A DNA stretch of 64,000 nucleotides. Source: Eledone cirrhosa. Taxonomy: Eukaryota. Of the stretch, positions 62,356-64,000 are shown one piece after another; the stretch's first letter is position 1, and each line of letters starts with the position of its first letter. Under the pieces are notes generated by a model, which did no database searches, was not told the DNA's origin, and saw nothing but the letters and a program-made list of their open reading frames with translations. Both the position numbers and the translations under genes were made by a program. The stretch is taken from assembly GCA_964016885.1 (NCBI GenBank), contig CAXHJY010000472.1, positions 1 through 64,000 on the forward strand, written 5' to 3'.

Positions 62356-63140
62356 TTGGAATAAATGCTCTGAAATAGCGATATATATGTGAATATAGAC
62401 ATAGAATATTCGAAAATATTCTGTATGTTTATAATAAACATTTTGAAGACCTAATCGCTATAGAATAGAATACGTCACGTATTACAATTAGATTCTCGAT
62501 AAAAGCAAGGAAGTAATCTACGCGTTTCATTCTCGTTAGAATCATCAGGACTACATATCCAGTGCTTTTATCGAGAATGACACAGCTAGAGACTTATAGA
62601 ATACTTAGCTGTGTACAGGAACTGGTTTGAAAGAGCGGTTGCGGTCCGGCAGAAATTAGAAATTGGAATAAATGCTCTGAAATAGCGATATATATGTGAA
62701 TATAGACATAGAATATTCGAAAATATTCTGTATGTTTATAATAAACATTTCAAAATGTTTATTATAAATGTTTATTATAAATGTTTATTATAAACATACA
62801 GAATATTTTCGAATATTCTATGTCTATATTCACATATATATCGCTATTTCAGAGCCTTTATTCCAATTTCTAATTTCTGCCGGACCGGCAACCGCTCTTT
62901 CAAACCAGTTCCTGTACACAGCTAAGTATTCTATAAGTCTCTAGCTGTGTCATTCTCGATAAAAGCACTGGATATGTAGTCCTGATGATTTCTAACGAGA
63001 ATGAAACGCGTAGATTACTTCCCTTGCTTTTATCGAGAATCTAATTGTAATACGTGACGTATCTATTCTATAGCGATTAGGTCTTCAAAATGTTTATTAT
63101 AAACATACAGAATATTTTCGAATATTCTATGTCTATATTC

Positions 63141-63141
<1 letters not shown>
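62356..63141. mobile_element. Palindromic insertion of the 310-bp retrozyme-like unit (62356-62750 -, 62751-63141 +)
   Basis: Each arm is ~1.2-1.3 units with one HHR; the junction has AATGTTTATTATA three times. Confidence 0.88.

Positions 63142-64000
<859 letters not shown>

Overview
Eukaryotic, extremely AT-rich window with no recognisable host gene. It is probably invertebrate; the CR1-type 3' tail resembles an Octopus repeat, which is an inference only. Roughly 40% is multi-kb (TA)n microsatellite, which acts as a landing pad for retroelements. Contents: (1) three large inverted insertions plus one fragment of a Penelope-like element (PLE) with RT + C-terminal GIY-YIG, Naiad-type, including one near full-length frameshifted copy; (2) a 5'-truncated CR1-group LINE; (3) a near full-length frameshifted RTE-clade LINE with three C2H2 fingers; (4) four small insertions (three palindromic) from other families; (5) a 7.3-copy 310-bp tandem array plus a palindromic copy of the same unit. 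Reading by eye shows that every non-LINE island larger than about 50 bp carries a type I hammerhead ribozyme (HHR) or an HHR-like motif. There are at least five structurally different designs, including giant stem II forms. Nearly all palindromic insertions share one asymmetry: one arm ends shortly after the HHR, the other carries an extra 3' extension. The picture is an (AT)n-targeting PLE system with retrozyme-like non-autonomous passengers. Most ORFs in the supplied track are microsatellite translation artefacts. All folds were paired manually, not computed.
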